64,000 nucleotides of DNA, taken from positions 165 to 64,164 of the IMG/VR virus record IMGVR_UViG_3300038701_001123. One strand, 5' to 3'. Origin of the DNA: a virus. Below the pieces are notes generated by a model. It did not search any database and was not told where the DNA came from. It was given only the letters and a program-made list of their open reading frames with translations. The position numbers were made by a program, and so were the translations under genes. Below, in pieces: positions 1 through 7,558 of the stretch. Position 1 is the stretch's first letter; each line of letters starts with the position of its first letter.

Positions 1-170
1 CAGTTGGCAGTCGCATCCGGTTCACAATCCTGCGTATGGCGGCATGAATTGTCGGTACAGATACCGGGGGCGATGCTGTCAAAAGTTGCTGTTTCCAGCA
101 TGACCATCACATCATCATAGCCCTCAGCCTCGGCGAGTTCTTTCAGCAATGGGTTATCAGTGTTAAACAT
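1..170 (-). CDS. Hypothetical phage protein, 5' part only (runs off window start)
   Basis: ATG at 170 with AGGAGGCTACC leader and upstream promoter; frame open to position 1 (MFNTDNPLLKELAEAEGYDD...). Confidence 0.7.
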   Translation of the reverse strand, partial: MFNTDNPLLKELAEAEGYDDVMVMLETATFDSIAPGICTDNSCRHTQDCEPDATAN

Positions 171-196
171 TTGGTAGCCTCCTAAGTTACCTTACC

Positions 197-236
197 AGTA
201 TGGGGCAAGGGTTTTCACCTGACCAATTCTATTTAT
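197..236 (-). promoter_or_regulatory. Early sigma70-like promoter, conserved family copy 1
   Basis: ATAAATAGAATTGGTCA-N17-CATACT; same motif recurs at several other loci. Confidence 0.7.
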
Positions 237-429
237 CGCGGAGTTGTGGAGTCTTATTGCCTATGGTGCGCCGTGTTGACGGTCTGTTACCAAGATCTTC
301 CACAAGTCCGCCCTCGGCCGAGGATCTCCTCAAATCGAAGTTGCTTCTTTGTCTTGCCGTGCCGAGAGCAATTCTTCTTCCCTCAGTGAAGTCTGGATCT
401 GAAGGATGAAAACCAGTCTCTTTATCCAA
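229..429 (-). CDS. Small hypothetical protein (TTG start inferred)
   Basis: 3' part of ORF 229..537; ends DK* inside the promoter motif like other cassette genes. Confidence 0.4.
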   Translation of the reverse strand: MDKETGFHPSDPDFTEGRRIALGTARQRSNFDLRRSSAEGGLVEDLGNRPSTRRTIGNKTPQLRDK

Positions 430-706
430 TGGCTTGTTCCCAGTCTTCATACTCGAACATCTCCGGTATCCAGTTTTCAAGAATGAGAATGGTCTCAAGG
501 CATTGCCTCTTGCCGAGGTCTGGACGAAACAGAACACCGACCCGAAAGTGCAGTGTCCCTTCCATTAGTTCTTGCTGGAGCCTTGCTCCCGGTAGTCTTC
601 GACCGAGATCTGGTCCAGTGTAAATCCCCTTGCAGGTGAAGGGTGTTTCTCCCCACTTAGGCGAAGGGTTCCAGAACCCAACCCGAAGACCCGCTGTGAT
701 CCTCAT
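422..706 (-). CDS. Hypothetical protein
   Basis: ATG at 706 overlaps the TGA of the upstream gene (ATGA). Confidence 0.6.
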   Translation of the reverse strand: MRITAGLRVGFWNPSPKWGETPFTCKGIYTGPDLGRRLPGARLQQELMEGTLHFRVGVLFRPDLGKRQCLETILILENWIPEMFEYEDWEQAIG

Positions 707-1221
707 GTCATTAACCGCCATGACGGTTCACCTCTATTGTTCCAGGTGGGAACCTTGGTATCAGTGTCCCACCGTTCCATCAAGTATTCGCGATACGATG
801 ACGGAACTTCAAGGTGAGTATAGTCTATACCGAGTCCATCATGCTTCGCATTGTTTTGAAATGGTAGCAGATCACCTTCCGGGAGACAACTTCTCTTTGA
901 GGCGATATAGGGTGTTCGGTAGCCTGATGCGTGTTCGGTGCCGTAGCGAACCTGATGCTCTTCGTATAGAGCGTAGGCATGGGCCAGACACCATTCGAAA
1001 TTGGAGATATTGGTGCGAACCCAGATGGAGACAGGGTGGTTCAGGTGAGACAGACCATTCGTCAGCAGACCCGGCCCACATTCCCAATCTCCAAAGGGAT
1101 CATGCTCTTTGATGGCGAGCGACATCATTTGATTCACTTCCATCAATAACTTGCCGACACGCTTGTCGTCAAGCGCCTGCGCAGACTTCACAGGACAGCT
1201 ATCGGTGACGAACAGGTTCAT
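703..1221 (-). CDS. Pyrimidine dimer DNA glycosylase / T4 endonuclease V-like protein
   Basis: N-terminal MNLFVTDSCPVKSAQALDDKRVGKLLME and HLNHPVSIW motifs typical of this family. Confidence 0.75.
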   Translation of the reverse strand: MNLFVTDSCPVKSAQALDDKRVGKLLMEVNQMMSLAIKEHDPFGDWECGPGLLTNGLSHLNHPVSIWVRTNISNFEWCLAHAYALYEEHQVRYGTEHASGYRTPYIASKRSCLPEGDLLPFQNNAKHDGLGIDYTHLEVPSSYREYLMERWDTDTKVPTWNNRGEPSWRLMT

Positions 1222-1403
1222 TCGTCGAAGTCGATCATGATGGTCACCTTCTTGGGCGGCTGACCATCCGGCAACAGGCCGTTCGGTACGTAGATTGAGA
1301 AGGGTTGACCGACAACTCCGACCTGAGCCAGAGCCTGTTTGCTGGCCGAGTAGCGGACTGAGTTCTTGCAGATCTTGTCCTGCTCAAAGCGTATTTTCTT
1401 CAT
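1218..1403 (-). CDS. Hypothetical protein
   Basis: Co-directional ORF with overlapping stop/start. Confidence 0.6.
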   Translation of the reverse strand: MKKIRFEQDKICKNSVRYSASKQALAQVGVVGQPFSIYVPNGLLPDGQPPKKVTIMIDFDE

Positions 1404-1406
1404 GAC

Positions 1407-1697
1407 TTACTCCTGTTCTGACGCCCATTCATGGGCGTTGTTGATGATATCAGCGGCAGGGGCGAAGAACGTTGAGAACTCGACCTCTGTCAGTTTGAGG
1501 GTTGTGACTTCACGCCCAAGGAGAGGCCGCTCGTCCACGAAAGTAAGACGGACCTCTTCAATATCGAACACGGCAGGCCATTCAGGCTCAGCAGGTTCGG
1601 CGAGTTTCAAGTCAACTTCGACATCAACCGTAATAGTCTCATCAGTGAAGCCCTGCTCGCAGCAGATCGGCATGTCATGGAACTCAAAGGTCGGCAC
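1407..1697 (-). CDS. Acidic hypothetical protein
   Basis: ORF track; tight packing. Confidence 0.6.
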   Translation of the reverse strand: MPTFEFHDMPICCEQGFTDETITVDVEVDLKLAEPAEPEWPAVFDIEEVRLTFVDERPLLGREVTTLKLTEVEFSTFFAPAADIINNAHEWASEQE

Positions 1698-1908
1698 GGC
1701 GGGACTCCTCGATGAATTCTTTCAAGTCCACCGCAGCTTGCGCGTGTTCGCCGCGTTTGTATTTCTTGCCGGTGATATCACCAGCGAGTTGCAGAGCCTT
1801 GGTCTTGCTGAGACCACGGGCAGTCATGCCCTTCGCCATCAACTGGCAGTGGCCTTTAAGGAATATCGCTTGTACTCGGGCAGCGCCGGGGTCAGTGATT
1901 ACAGTCAT
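1684..1908 (-). CDS. Hypothetical protein
   Basis: AGGAGGCTACC-ATG leader; first gene after promoter. Confidence 0.75.
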   Translation of the reverse strand: MTVITDPGAARVQAIFLKGHCQLMAKGMTARGLSKTKALQLAGDITGKKYKRGEHAQAAVDLKEFIEESRRADL

Positions 1909-1933
1909 GGTAGCCTCCTATTAAGGTGGAACC

Positions 1934-1974
1934 AGTATACAGCAAGGACACTGGCCTTGACCAATTCTATTTAT
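1934..1974 (-). promoter_or_regulatory. Early promoter, family copy 2
   Basis: ATAAATAGAATTGGTCA-N18-TATACT. Confidence 0.75.
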
Positions 1975-2198
1975 CAACTCGATAATCCCCTCAGAACATG
2001 CTCTTCTGTCTGTTTCATCGCGTTTCTGAGTTCATCTTCCTTGACATCAGTGTAGAACAGATGACGTTCCACTTTATCCGCGCCATAGGAACCCGTGAGA
2101 ACCAGCGAGCCATCGCCGATCCTCCACTCCAGGATAACGCCATGCTGAATCATGTATTGGAAACAGCGTGATCCTGCGGCTTTCAGGTCCTCGATCAT
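1974..2198 (-). CDS. Hypothetical protein
   Basis: ATGA overlap with upstream gene. Confidence 0.6.
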   Translation of the reverse strand: MIEDLKAAGSRCFQYMIQHGVILEWRIGDGSLVLTGSYGADKVERHLFYTDVKEDELRNAMKQTEEHVLRGLSS

Positions 2199-3160
2199 CC
2201 AAACATCCTGTTAATGATTTCCATCAGGTATGCTGTATCGATTGTGTCGCTGTCCTTCTCTTTGCACTTGTTGATCACTTCCTGGAAGTAGGCGACGTCC
2301 ACCCCGGTCAGTTGTTCTTCCAGGATAATCGGGTTGTTGAGGTCCAGTTCGCTGATCTGCATAGCCATCTTGAGATACTGGCCCGCATTGATCTTCCATC
2401 CACGTTGAATGAATTTCTTCGCTCGGAACACAGAACAAACAGGATACAGAGATCCACGGTACACCAGCGTCTTGGACATGAGAGCAAGAAGGCTTTCATT
2501 ATTCACCACGACACCTTCATCACGTGTCCAGTAGTTCATGCAGTGGACAAAATCGAAGTTCTCGTGGATAGCTTCGTGATCGCCATGAAACCGCAGGATA
2601 AGCTGGACCCCGCCTTTCAGCGTGATCGCATTGCTGGAGAGGAAGACCGGATGGTAGTCTGGCTTCTCCTTCTGGGCTTCTTCGCTGACCTCGCCCTCGG
2701 CCTGCATGTTCTCGAAGGCCTCGTCAATGTATTCACCGGCATCTGGCGTGTCTACACCATTTCGTTCGAAGTATTCGTAATCCTTGGTCTGCTCATCTCC
2801 GGCCACACCCGCTGATTTCACCACGATCCGAACCCGAGGACGATCAAGTGTGTCTTTCAGTTCTTCCACAGACATGGAATAGTTGATCCCACCCTGCTTC
2901 GCGGTGCGGCCCTTCTGGAATTTCTCCAGATAGTAGTTCGCCACTGCGACAGTTGTCTCGTAGCGACGGAAGTACAGGTCATAGTCATTGACGTCTTCGC
3001 CCAGAAGCATAGAGGCGATGGATCCGCCAGTCACGATGACATCGGACTTGCAGGCTTTCCGCAGCTTCTCATCTTCGATGCTTTCCAGCCACTTGTCGAC
3101 TTTCTTCACCAAGATTTGGTTAATTGTCTTGATTTGTTTTCCCACCATCAGAACATCCAC
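2195..3160 (-). CDS. Pol-beta superfamily nucleotidyltransferase-like protein
   Basis: VTGGSIASMLLGEDVNDYDLYF fits the hG[GS]x(9-13)DhDh NTase signature; third acidic motif candidate NFDFVH. Confidence 0.7.
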   Translation of the reverse strand: MDVLMVGKQIKTINQILVKKVDKWLESIEDEKLRKACKSDVIVTGGSIASMLLGEDVNDYDLYFRRYETTVAVANYYLEKFQKGRTAKQGGINYSMSVEELKDTLDRPRVRIVVKSAGVAGDEQTKDYEYFERNGVDTPDAGEYIDEAFENMQAEGEVSEEAQKEKPDYHPVFLSSNAITLKGGVQLILRFHGDHEAIHENFDFVHCMNYWTRDEGVVVNNESLLALMSKTLVYRGSLYPVCSVFRAKKFIQRGWKINAGQYLKMAMQISELDLNNPIILEEQLTGVDVAYFQEVINKCKEKDSDTIDTAYLMEIINRMFG

Positions 3161-3972
3161 CCAATGCGAACCTGCGTACCGCTGTCTTCATCAGCGTCCC
3201 AGTGACGAATACCGATAAGAACATTATCGGTTATAGCGATATCGGTTCCAACCGAGAAATGATCAGGACCAATTCCCACAAATGGAAGCACACGGCCGAG
3301 ACTGATACCTGCTTGAGCTTCGATCTGATAAAAATCCTCACCAAGATCCATTGCTTGGAAAGCATTAGCCTCAACACCAAGCACGACATATTGAGAAATC
3401 TCATGTCTGTATCCGATGAAACCACCAAGAGTCGTATCATTGTGCGTGACTTCATAGGTTTCAGAGAAACTCTCAGTTCCGATGACATCAACCACAGTAT
3501 CGAAACCAAGATAGTTCATTTGAGCCCAGCGAGGTTGGTTGCTGATAGATCTCTGATCAGGAAGCGAGAAGCTGAAAACTTCACTGGAACCCATCCAGAG
3601 ACCATCATATCCGCTTTGATACCGAACATCTTGATCAGCGGCATTCTGCCAAGGACGATTTACATTGTCCAGAGCTTGAAGCTCTTCTGCATCAGTGAAA
3701 CCAGTCACATTGCATTTCCGACCGAAATGCTTCTCTTTTCCACGAGTGCAGTTATAGTTGTGAATTTCACGCTCACGTGTGATATCTTCTTCCCACGTAC
3801 GAGTGTATTCACGAGTATGTTGAGATTGACCATAGGTAAGACCACCATAGACACCACCCCAAGAGAAGCGAGCAGGAGGAATGACTTCGGGATCATCCAG
3901 ACCAACAGTCACGAGATTGCCAGCATGAACAGAAGTTGTCATCATGAGACTGGCGATAATTGCATATTTCAT
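3148..3972 (-). CDS. Secreted outer-membrane beta-barrel-like protein (Omp25/RopB-like)
   Basis: Signal peptide MKYAIIASLMMTTSVHA; WGGVYGGLTYG, TLGGFIGYR, VVLGVEA strands; C-terminal VRIGWMF. Confidence 0.6.
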   Translation of the reverse strand: MKYAIIASLMMTTSVHAGNLVTVGLDDPEVIPPARFSWGGVYGGLTYGQSQHTREYTRTWEEDITREREIHNYNCTRGKEKHFGRKCNVTGFTDAEELQALDNVNRPWQNAADQDVRYQSGYDGLWMGSSEVFSFSLPDQRSISNQPRWAQMNYLGFDTVVDVIGTESFSETYEVTHNDTTLGGFIGYRHEISQYVVLGVEANAFQAMDLGEDFYQIEAQAGISLGRVLPFVGIGPDHFSVGTDIAITDNVLIGIRHWDADEDSGTQVRIGWMF

Positions 3973-4193
3973 TGTTTCATCCTTATTGCTTGTGAAAAGC
4001 GACCGTCGAAAAACTCGAGGGCTGGTCTTATCCATGTTGGACCACCTTCTCGTTTCCGATAAATAACTACCGGAGTAAGATCGCTCTCGTTGATGCCAAA
4101 CTCAAGGATAGTGTAGGCTTCCTTGCTCTTGGCGTGGATCCACCAAACTTCTTCAACTTCTGGTGGGTGTGAACTCGGATCTTTGATTGTCAT
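3969..4193 (-). CDS. DUF1653-like small protein
   Basis: Y..L..G.NESDLTPVVIYR....PTWIRP..EFFDGRF pattern. Confidence 0.6.
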   Translation of the reverse strand: MTIKDPSSHPPEVEEVWWIHAKSKEAYTILEFGINESDLTPVVIYRKREGGPTWIRPALEFFDGRFSQAIRMKQ

Positions 4194-4543
4194 CAGTGTT
4201 TCTCCGGTGGTTTCTCTTGGGCCATTCCCAGATAGCCGAGTTTGCGGTTCTCCTCAATCATCTTGAGGAAGTCTTCTTCAGGGACATCAGATCCGTGAGT
4301 GACATAGTATTGAACACGCCCAAGGAAGTTCCCGAGCAGAGCCGTATACATACCGGGACCGACACCCATGTTCTTTTCAAAATGATCAGTGAATTCCTCA
4401 ATCACTTTGTGATGCTCGTCCCCTGTAAGGAACAAGCCTCTATGGTCTATATCAGGATTAGGTATCCCACTTCTCCTTTGCGAATGCCAGAACCTTGTCG
4501 AACAGATACTGCTGCATGGCGCGAGTGCAGTCGTCAAGCCCAA
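4193..4543 (-). CDS. Hypothetical protein (start uncertain)
   Basis: Fills the gap between neighbours; 5' part overlaps upstream gene. Confidence 0.45.
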   Translation of the reverse strand: MGLTTALAPCSSICSTRFWHSQRRSGIPNPDIDHRGLFLTGDEHHKVIEEFTDHFEKNMGVGPGMYTALLGNFLGRVQYYVTHGSDVPEEDFLKMIEENRKLGYLGMAQEKPPEKH

Positions 4544-5609
4544 GGTGCTGATGGATGAACTCCTCCCACAGGGTGATCATCAGGAAGTCTCGGCCATTGG
4601 CGATGGTCTGACGTGGGATCAAGATATTGCCTTCTTGCATCTTGCCATAGACACCGCCTCCGAGATGATCGACAAAGAACAGCTTTTCTCTGTCAATGTG
4701 GGCGTTGAGGGTTTTCTCGCACATCTCGATTGCCTGTTCGACAGTGCGCTTCTCATCATCGGATAGGGTGATCTGTTCAATGGCGTCGTCGCCCCGGTTG
4801 GATAGATAGAGTTTCGCTTGGCTGTCGGTGAGACGTCCTTCACGATAGTACCGACCGGCCTCTTCCAGATATGCTTCTGAGGGAGCGCCGCAGTAGTCAT
4901 AGTCCAGATGGTTCTCCCAGACATCAGTGCGACGGCTGAACATCTTCTCCCAGAAATCTTGCTTGCCCACCGTAGGGAGTCGAGAGGCCAGCTTGTAGGA
5001 GACATCGAAGGAGGACTTGGCGGTGCGATCCTCGGTCAACGTAATGCCGTTGATAAAGTTGTAGGTGAAACGTGTCCGCTTCGGCAGTTGCAGCACACGG
5101 ACACCACGATAGAAGATGAACTGCGAGCCGCCCTCATGGATCTCCAGGTCTTCTCCGAGCCAACGCGGCTCACCGTGAAGGAAGATCTTGTAGCGGTCAG
5201 CGTAGGCTTCGCTGATACCATCGCCGCTGACCCTCCAGCATGTGTCAGCTTCCCAAGGTGTATTGGAGATCTTGCCGCCTTCATCAAGACAGTTGGAATG
5301 CAATTCGCGATACGCCTGCCAGACCTCCCAATTCTTGCCGAGATCGGTGGTGAAACCAAGCTGTTCATCGTTCATGAAAACCAGTGGGAATGGCTCACCG
5401 CGTATGATCTTTTCCCGGCTGGTGAAGACATAGGTCTCGCCATCGCTGTCTAGTTCAACCTTGTGTCCTGTGCGCAGAAGCACGGCTATCGCATACTTCA
5501 ACCCGGTGCCGAAGTAGCCGATGGGGTTGTCATTGTTCTTAACGCTGACACCCATTGTCCGGATGACATCCAGATCAATAGCGCCGCTGTTCGCAAAGTA
5601 GATGGTCAT
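4458..5609 (-). CDS. GHKL (HSP90-like) ATPase domain protein
   Basis: MGVSVK..PIGYFGTGLKYAIAVLLR motif and YRELHSNCLDEGG; start after GAGGCTACC leader. Confidence 0.65.
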   Translation of the reverse strand: MTIYFANSGAIDLDVIRTMGVSVKNNDNPIGYFGTGLKYAIAVLLRTGHKVELDSDGETYVFTSREKIIRGEPFPLVFMNDEQLGFTTDLGKNWEVWQAYRELHSNCLDEGGKISNTPWEADTCWRVSGDGISEAYADRYKIFLHGEPRWLGEDLEIHEGGSQFIFYRGVRVLQLPKRTRFTYNFINGITLTEDRTAKSSFDVSYKLASRLPTVGKQDFWEKMFSRRTDVWENHLDYDYCGAPSEAYLEEAGRYYREGRLTDSQAKLYLSNRGDDAIEQITLSDDEKRTVEQAIEMCEKTLNAHIDREKLFFVDHLGGGVYGKMQEGNILIPRQTIANGRDFLMITLWEEFIHQHLGLDDCTRAMQQYLFDKVLAFAKEKWDT

Positions 5610-5636
5610 TGGTAGCCTCGTTGTTAATGCCCCACC

Positions 5637-5677
5637 AGTATACGGGCGGGACACTAACTATGACAAACTCTATTTGT
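5637..5677 (-). promoter_or_regulatory. Early promoter, family copy 3
   Basis: ACAAATAGAGTTTGTCA-N18-TATACT. Confidence 0.75.
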
Positions 5678-5816
5678 CCTTATCGCGATAGATGCGACCA
5701 TTGATGCGCCAGCCGGTACGGAAGCCGAAGCCAACGATTGCCGAGATCACAAAGAGCATCACCATCGGCATACCATGCTCGGTCCACAGCCAGAGAAGAT
5801 CGAAGCCCTCGTTCAT
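5670..5816 (-). CDS. Small membrane protein (48 aa, not in ORF track)
   Basis: MNEGFDLLWLWTEHGMPMVMLFVISAIVGFGFRTGW...DKDK*; ATGA overlap with upstream stop. Confidence 0.6.
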   Translation of the reverse strand: MNEGFDLLWLWTEHGMPMVMLFVISAIVGFGFRTGWRINGRIYRDKDK

Positions 5817-6130
5817 GCCATCACCGTCTGTTTCATAGTTGTCTGTTGACGGATACGCTTCTCATGAAGTCGAGCCATCGCCCGCATCCGCTGCCGGGTC
5901 ATCTTGTCGCCGGAAGGGATTTTCTTGTTGGCGTCGAACTTGGCTTTCTCCCGCTTCATGCGGCGAAGGGTGCCAGCCCGTTCCGGTTCAGGGTTCTTGA
6001 AGGACAAACCCCAATTCGCCATGATCAGGCGCTCGGCCTCGGTCATGGTCGGCGACACTTGTCGCTTTGCGATGCCTTTGTCGCGCTTCCGGCGACGCAG
6101 CTTCTTCGCAATCCGGGAAATGAGACTCAT
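5813..6130 (-). CDS. Basic hypothetical protein
   Basis: AGGAG RBS; K/R-rich. Confidence 0.65.
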   Translation of the reverse strand: MSLISRIAKKLRRRKRDKGIAKRQVSPTMTEAERLIMANWGLSFKNPEPERAGTLRRMKREKAKFDANKKIPSGDKMTRQRMRAMARLHEKRIRQQTTMKQTVMA

Positions 6131-6141
6131 AGATTTTCCTC

Positions 6142-6873
6142 CTATGTGAGTCGTTTCAGCCCGCCTTGGGCCTGTTGAATTGGACGTTGCAGGTTCACCT
6201 TATCACCTGCGGCCATGCCTTGACCATAGGCACTCATGTTCGCTCTCACACTGCTGCTTCGCGGCTGGCGAAATTGAACATCAGGAAGGATGCTCTTCAA
6301 GCCTTGCAGGACGATCTCCGATTTGACCTCAACGAGATCATTGCCGGTACTGTCATGCTGGACGGTACGGGCTTCCATGAGTGCTTCAAGGCGAGTGTTG
6401 ATACGCTCGGCGAAACCAATCATGAACGACCAGTATTGCGTATGACGCGACACTCCCTCCTTCTTTGGGTTTTCCTTGAGGAACTCCTTCCACCCACGAT
6501 CCATGCTGTCGTGGATCAAGCCCAAGAGGAAGCCGTGCATCGCGACGTCTCCCTTAAAGCCGAAGATCTCAGTAACCTTCTTGTTCCTCACAGTCTGAGA
6601 TCGACCATTCCACGCCAAGGTTCCGCAGTAGCGAGCAATAGTCGTATCGCAGTATTTTTGCGAGGGATGCTCCTGCTTCTGCCTCTGTTCGAAAGTGGCG
6701 CTGGACATGTCGCGCTTGAACTCCACGGCTTTCAGATCTTCCTCTGTGACACCGTGTTTCTCCATCAACTTCTCTGCGATCTGCAGAGCAGCGATGGCTT
6801 CGTCTTCAGTTGCGCCGTTCTCAGGTATCTTCGCCTTGAGTGCAGCAATCTTATCAAGTATTGACTGATCCAT
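6142..6873 (-). CDS. DUF2786 domain protein
   Basis: N-terminal ILDKIAALKAK..ENGATEDEAIAALQIAEKLMEKHG pattern; start after GAAAGGCTACC leader. Confidence 0.7.
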   Translation of the reverse strand: MDQSILDKIAALKAKIPENGATEDEAIAALQIAEKLMEKHGVTEEDLKAVEFKRDMSSATFEQRQKQEHPSQKYCDTTIARYCGTLAWNGRSQTVRNKKVTEIFGFKGDVAMHGFLLGLIHDSMDRGWKEFLKENPKKEGVSRHTQYWSFMIGFAERINTRLEALMEARTVQHDSTGNDLVEVKSEIVLQGLKSILPDVQFRQPRSSSVRANMSAYGQGMAAGDKVNLQRPIQQAQGGLKRLT

Positions 6874-6890
6874 TTGGTAGCCTTTCATTC

Positions 6891-6975
6891 TGGTGGAGAC
6901 ACCGGGGCTTGAACCCGGACCGGCCTAATGCTTTTGACAGCGACGGCCTGCTCTGACCGATTAAGCTATGTCCCC
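6891..6975 (-). ncRNA. tRNA-like RNA with Ala identity acceptor (G3:U70, A73, CCA) and non-canonical anticodon arm
   Basis: GGGGACA/TGTCTCC-A-CCA acceptor, D arm GCTT/GAGC, T arm CCGGG-TTCAAGC-CCCGG; anticodon arm is 27 nt rather than 17. Confidence 0.8.
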
Positions 6976-6982
6976 AAATCTT

Positions 6983-7090
6983 TTACTGATCTGAGAACAT
7001 TTGTTCCAGATAGTGCGGCGGCGCAATGGCGAACCCGAGTTTGATCAGGCTATCCGCTGCCCATGCGCGCACGAAGTTAATTAGGAACAT
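6983..7090 (-). CDS. Small hypothetical protein (35 aa)
   Basis: GGAG RBS, MFLINFVRAWAADSLIK... Confidence 0.4.
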   Translation of the reverse strand: MFLINFVRAWAADSLIKLGFAIAPPHYLEQMFSDQ

Positions 7091-7123
7091 GGTGTTCTCC
7101 AAAGGTTGGTTGTTTGAACCCAT

Positions 7124-7163
7124 AGTATACAGTCAAGACAAGCTGCGGACCAATTCTATTTGT
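7124..7163 (-). promoter_or_regulatory. Early promoter, family copy 4
   Basis: ACAAATAGAATTGGTCC-N17-TATACT. Confidence 0.7.
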
Positions 7164-7174
7164 CGTAAACAAGT

Positions 7175-7206
7175 GGGGACGACGCATTTCCCTACGCGCC
7201 GCCCCC
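7175..7206 (-). terminator. 12-bp hairpin ending the structured RNA region
   Basis: GGGGGCGGCGCG-TAGGGAAA-TGCGTCGTCCCC pairs fully only on the minus strand, using three G:U wobbles; followed by ACTTGTTT. Confidence 0.6.
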
Positions 7207-7208
7207 TT

Positions 7209-7281
7209 TTGATGTGACCGGGATCGAACCGGCTACCCTCTGATTAGAAGTCAGATGCTCTACCAAATGAGCTACTCATCT
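7209..7281 (-). tRNA. tRNA-Arg(UCU)-like gene with defective acceptor stem, no encoded CCA
   Basis: Anticodon arm TCTGA-CTTCTAA-TCAGA, D arm GCTC/GAGC, T arm GCCGG-TTCGATC-CCGGT; acceptor AGATGAG/CACATCA has two A:A mismatches. Confidence 0.7.
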
Positions 7282-7324
7282 AGACCAGGATCTTTTCGAG
7301 CATTCGCCGCATTTTACTCTCATA

Positions 7325-7413
7325 ACCAGCGCTCTACCACTGAGCTACCCGCCAGCAGTCCAACGATAAGGGTGTTGGATGGCGGGGCCGGATTTGAACC
7401 GACGACCTCTGTT
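7325..7413 (-). ncRNA. Circularly permuted tRNA-like domain (Y-RNA/YrlA-like topology)
   Basis: On the minus strand the 3' half (AACAG-AGGTC-GTCGG-TTCAAAT-CCGGC-CCCGCCA-T-CCA) precedes a 21-nt linker and the 5' half (TGGCGGG-TA-GCTC-AGTGGTA-GAGC-G-CTGGT); 7/7 acceptor pairs. Confidence 0.85.
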
Positions 7414-7558
7414 TAGGATGTGACGATCTCTAATTGTCTCCTTTCCGTTCTCACACTAAGGGGCACAAGTCTCTATAGTATGAGTGGTTAGCATTCCCCG
7501 GACCAGATCCGGGGCGCTTGTTCAGTCTCAGTCTCAGTCTATCCCCTATGGGATCCGT

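Noticed and set aside
6891-6975. Ordinary tRNA-Asp(GUC) or tRNA-Ser
   Set aside because: CTGTCAA is not closed by a 5-bp stem at canonical positions, and the acceptor carries Ala determinants.
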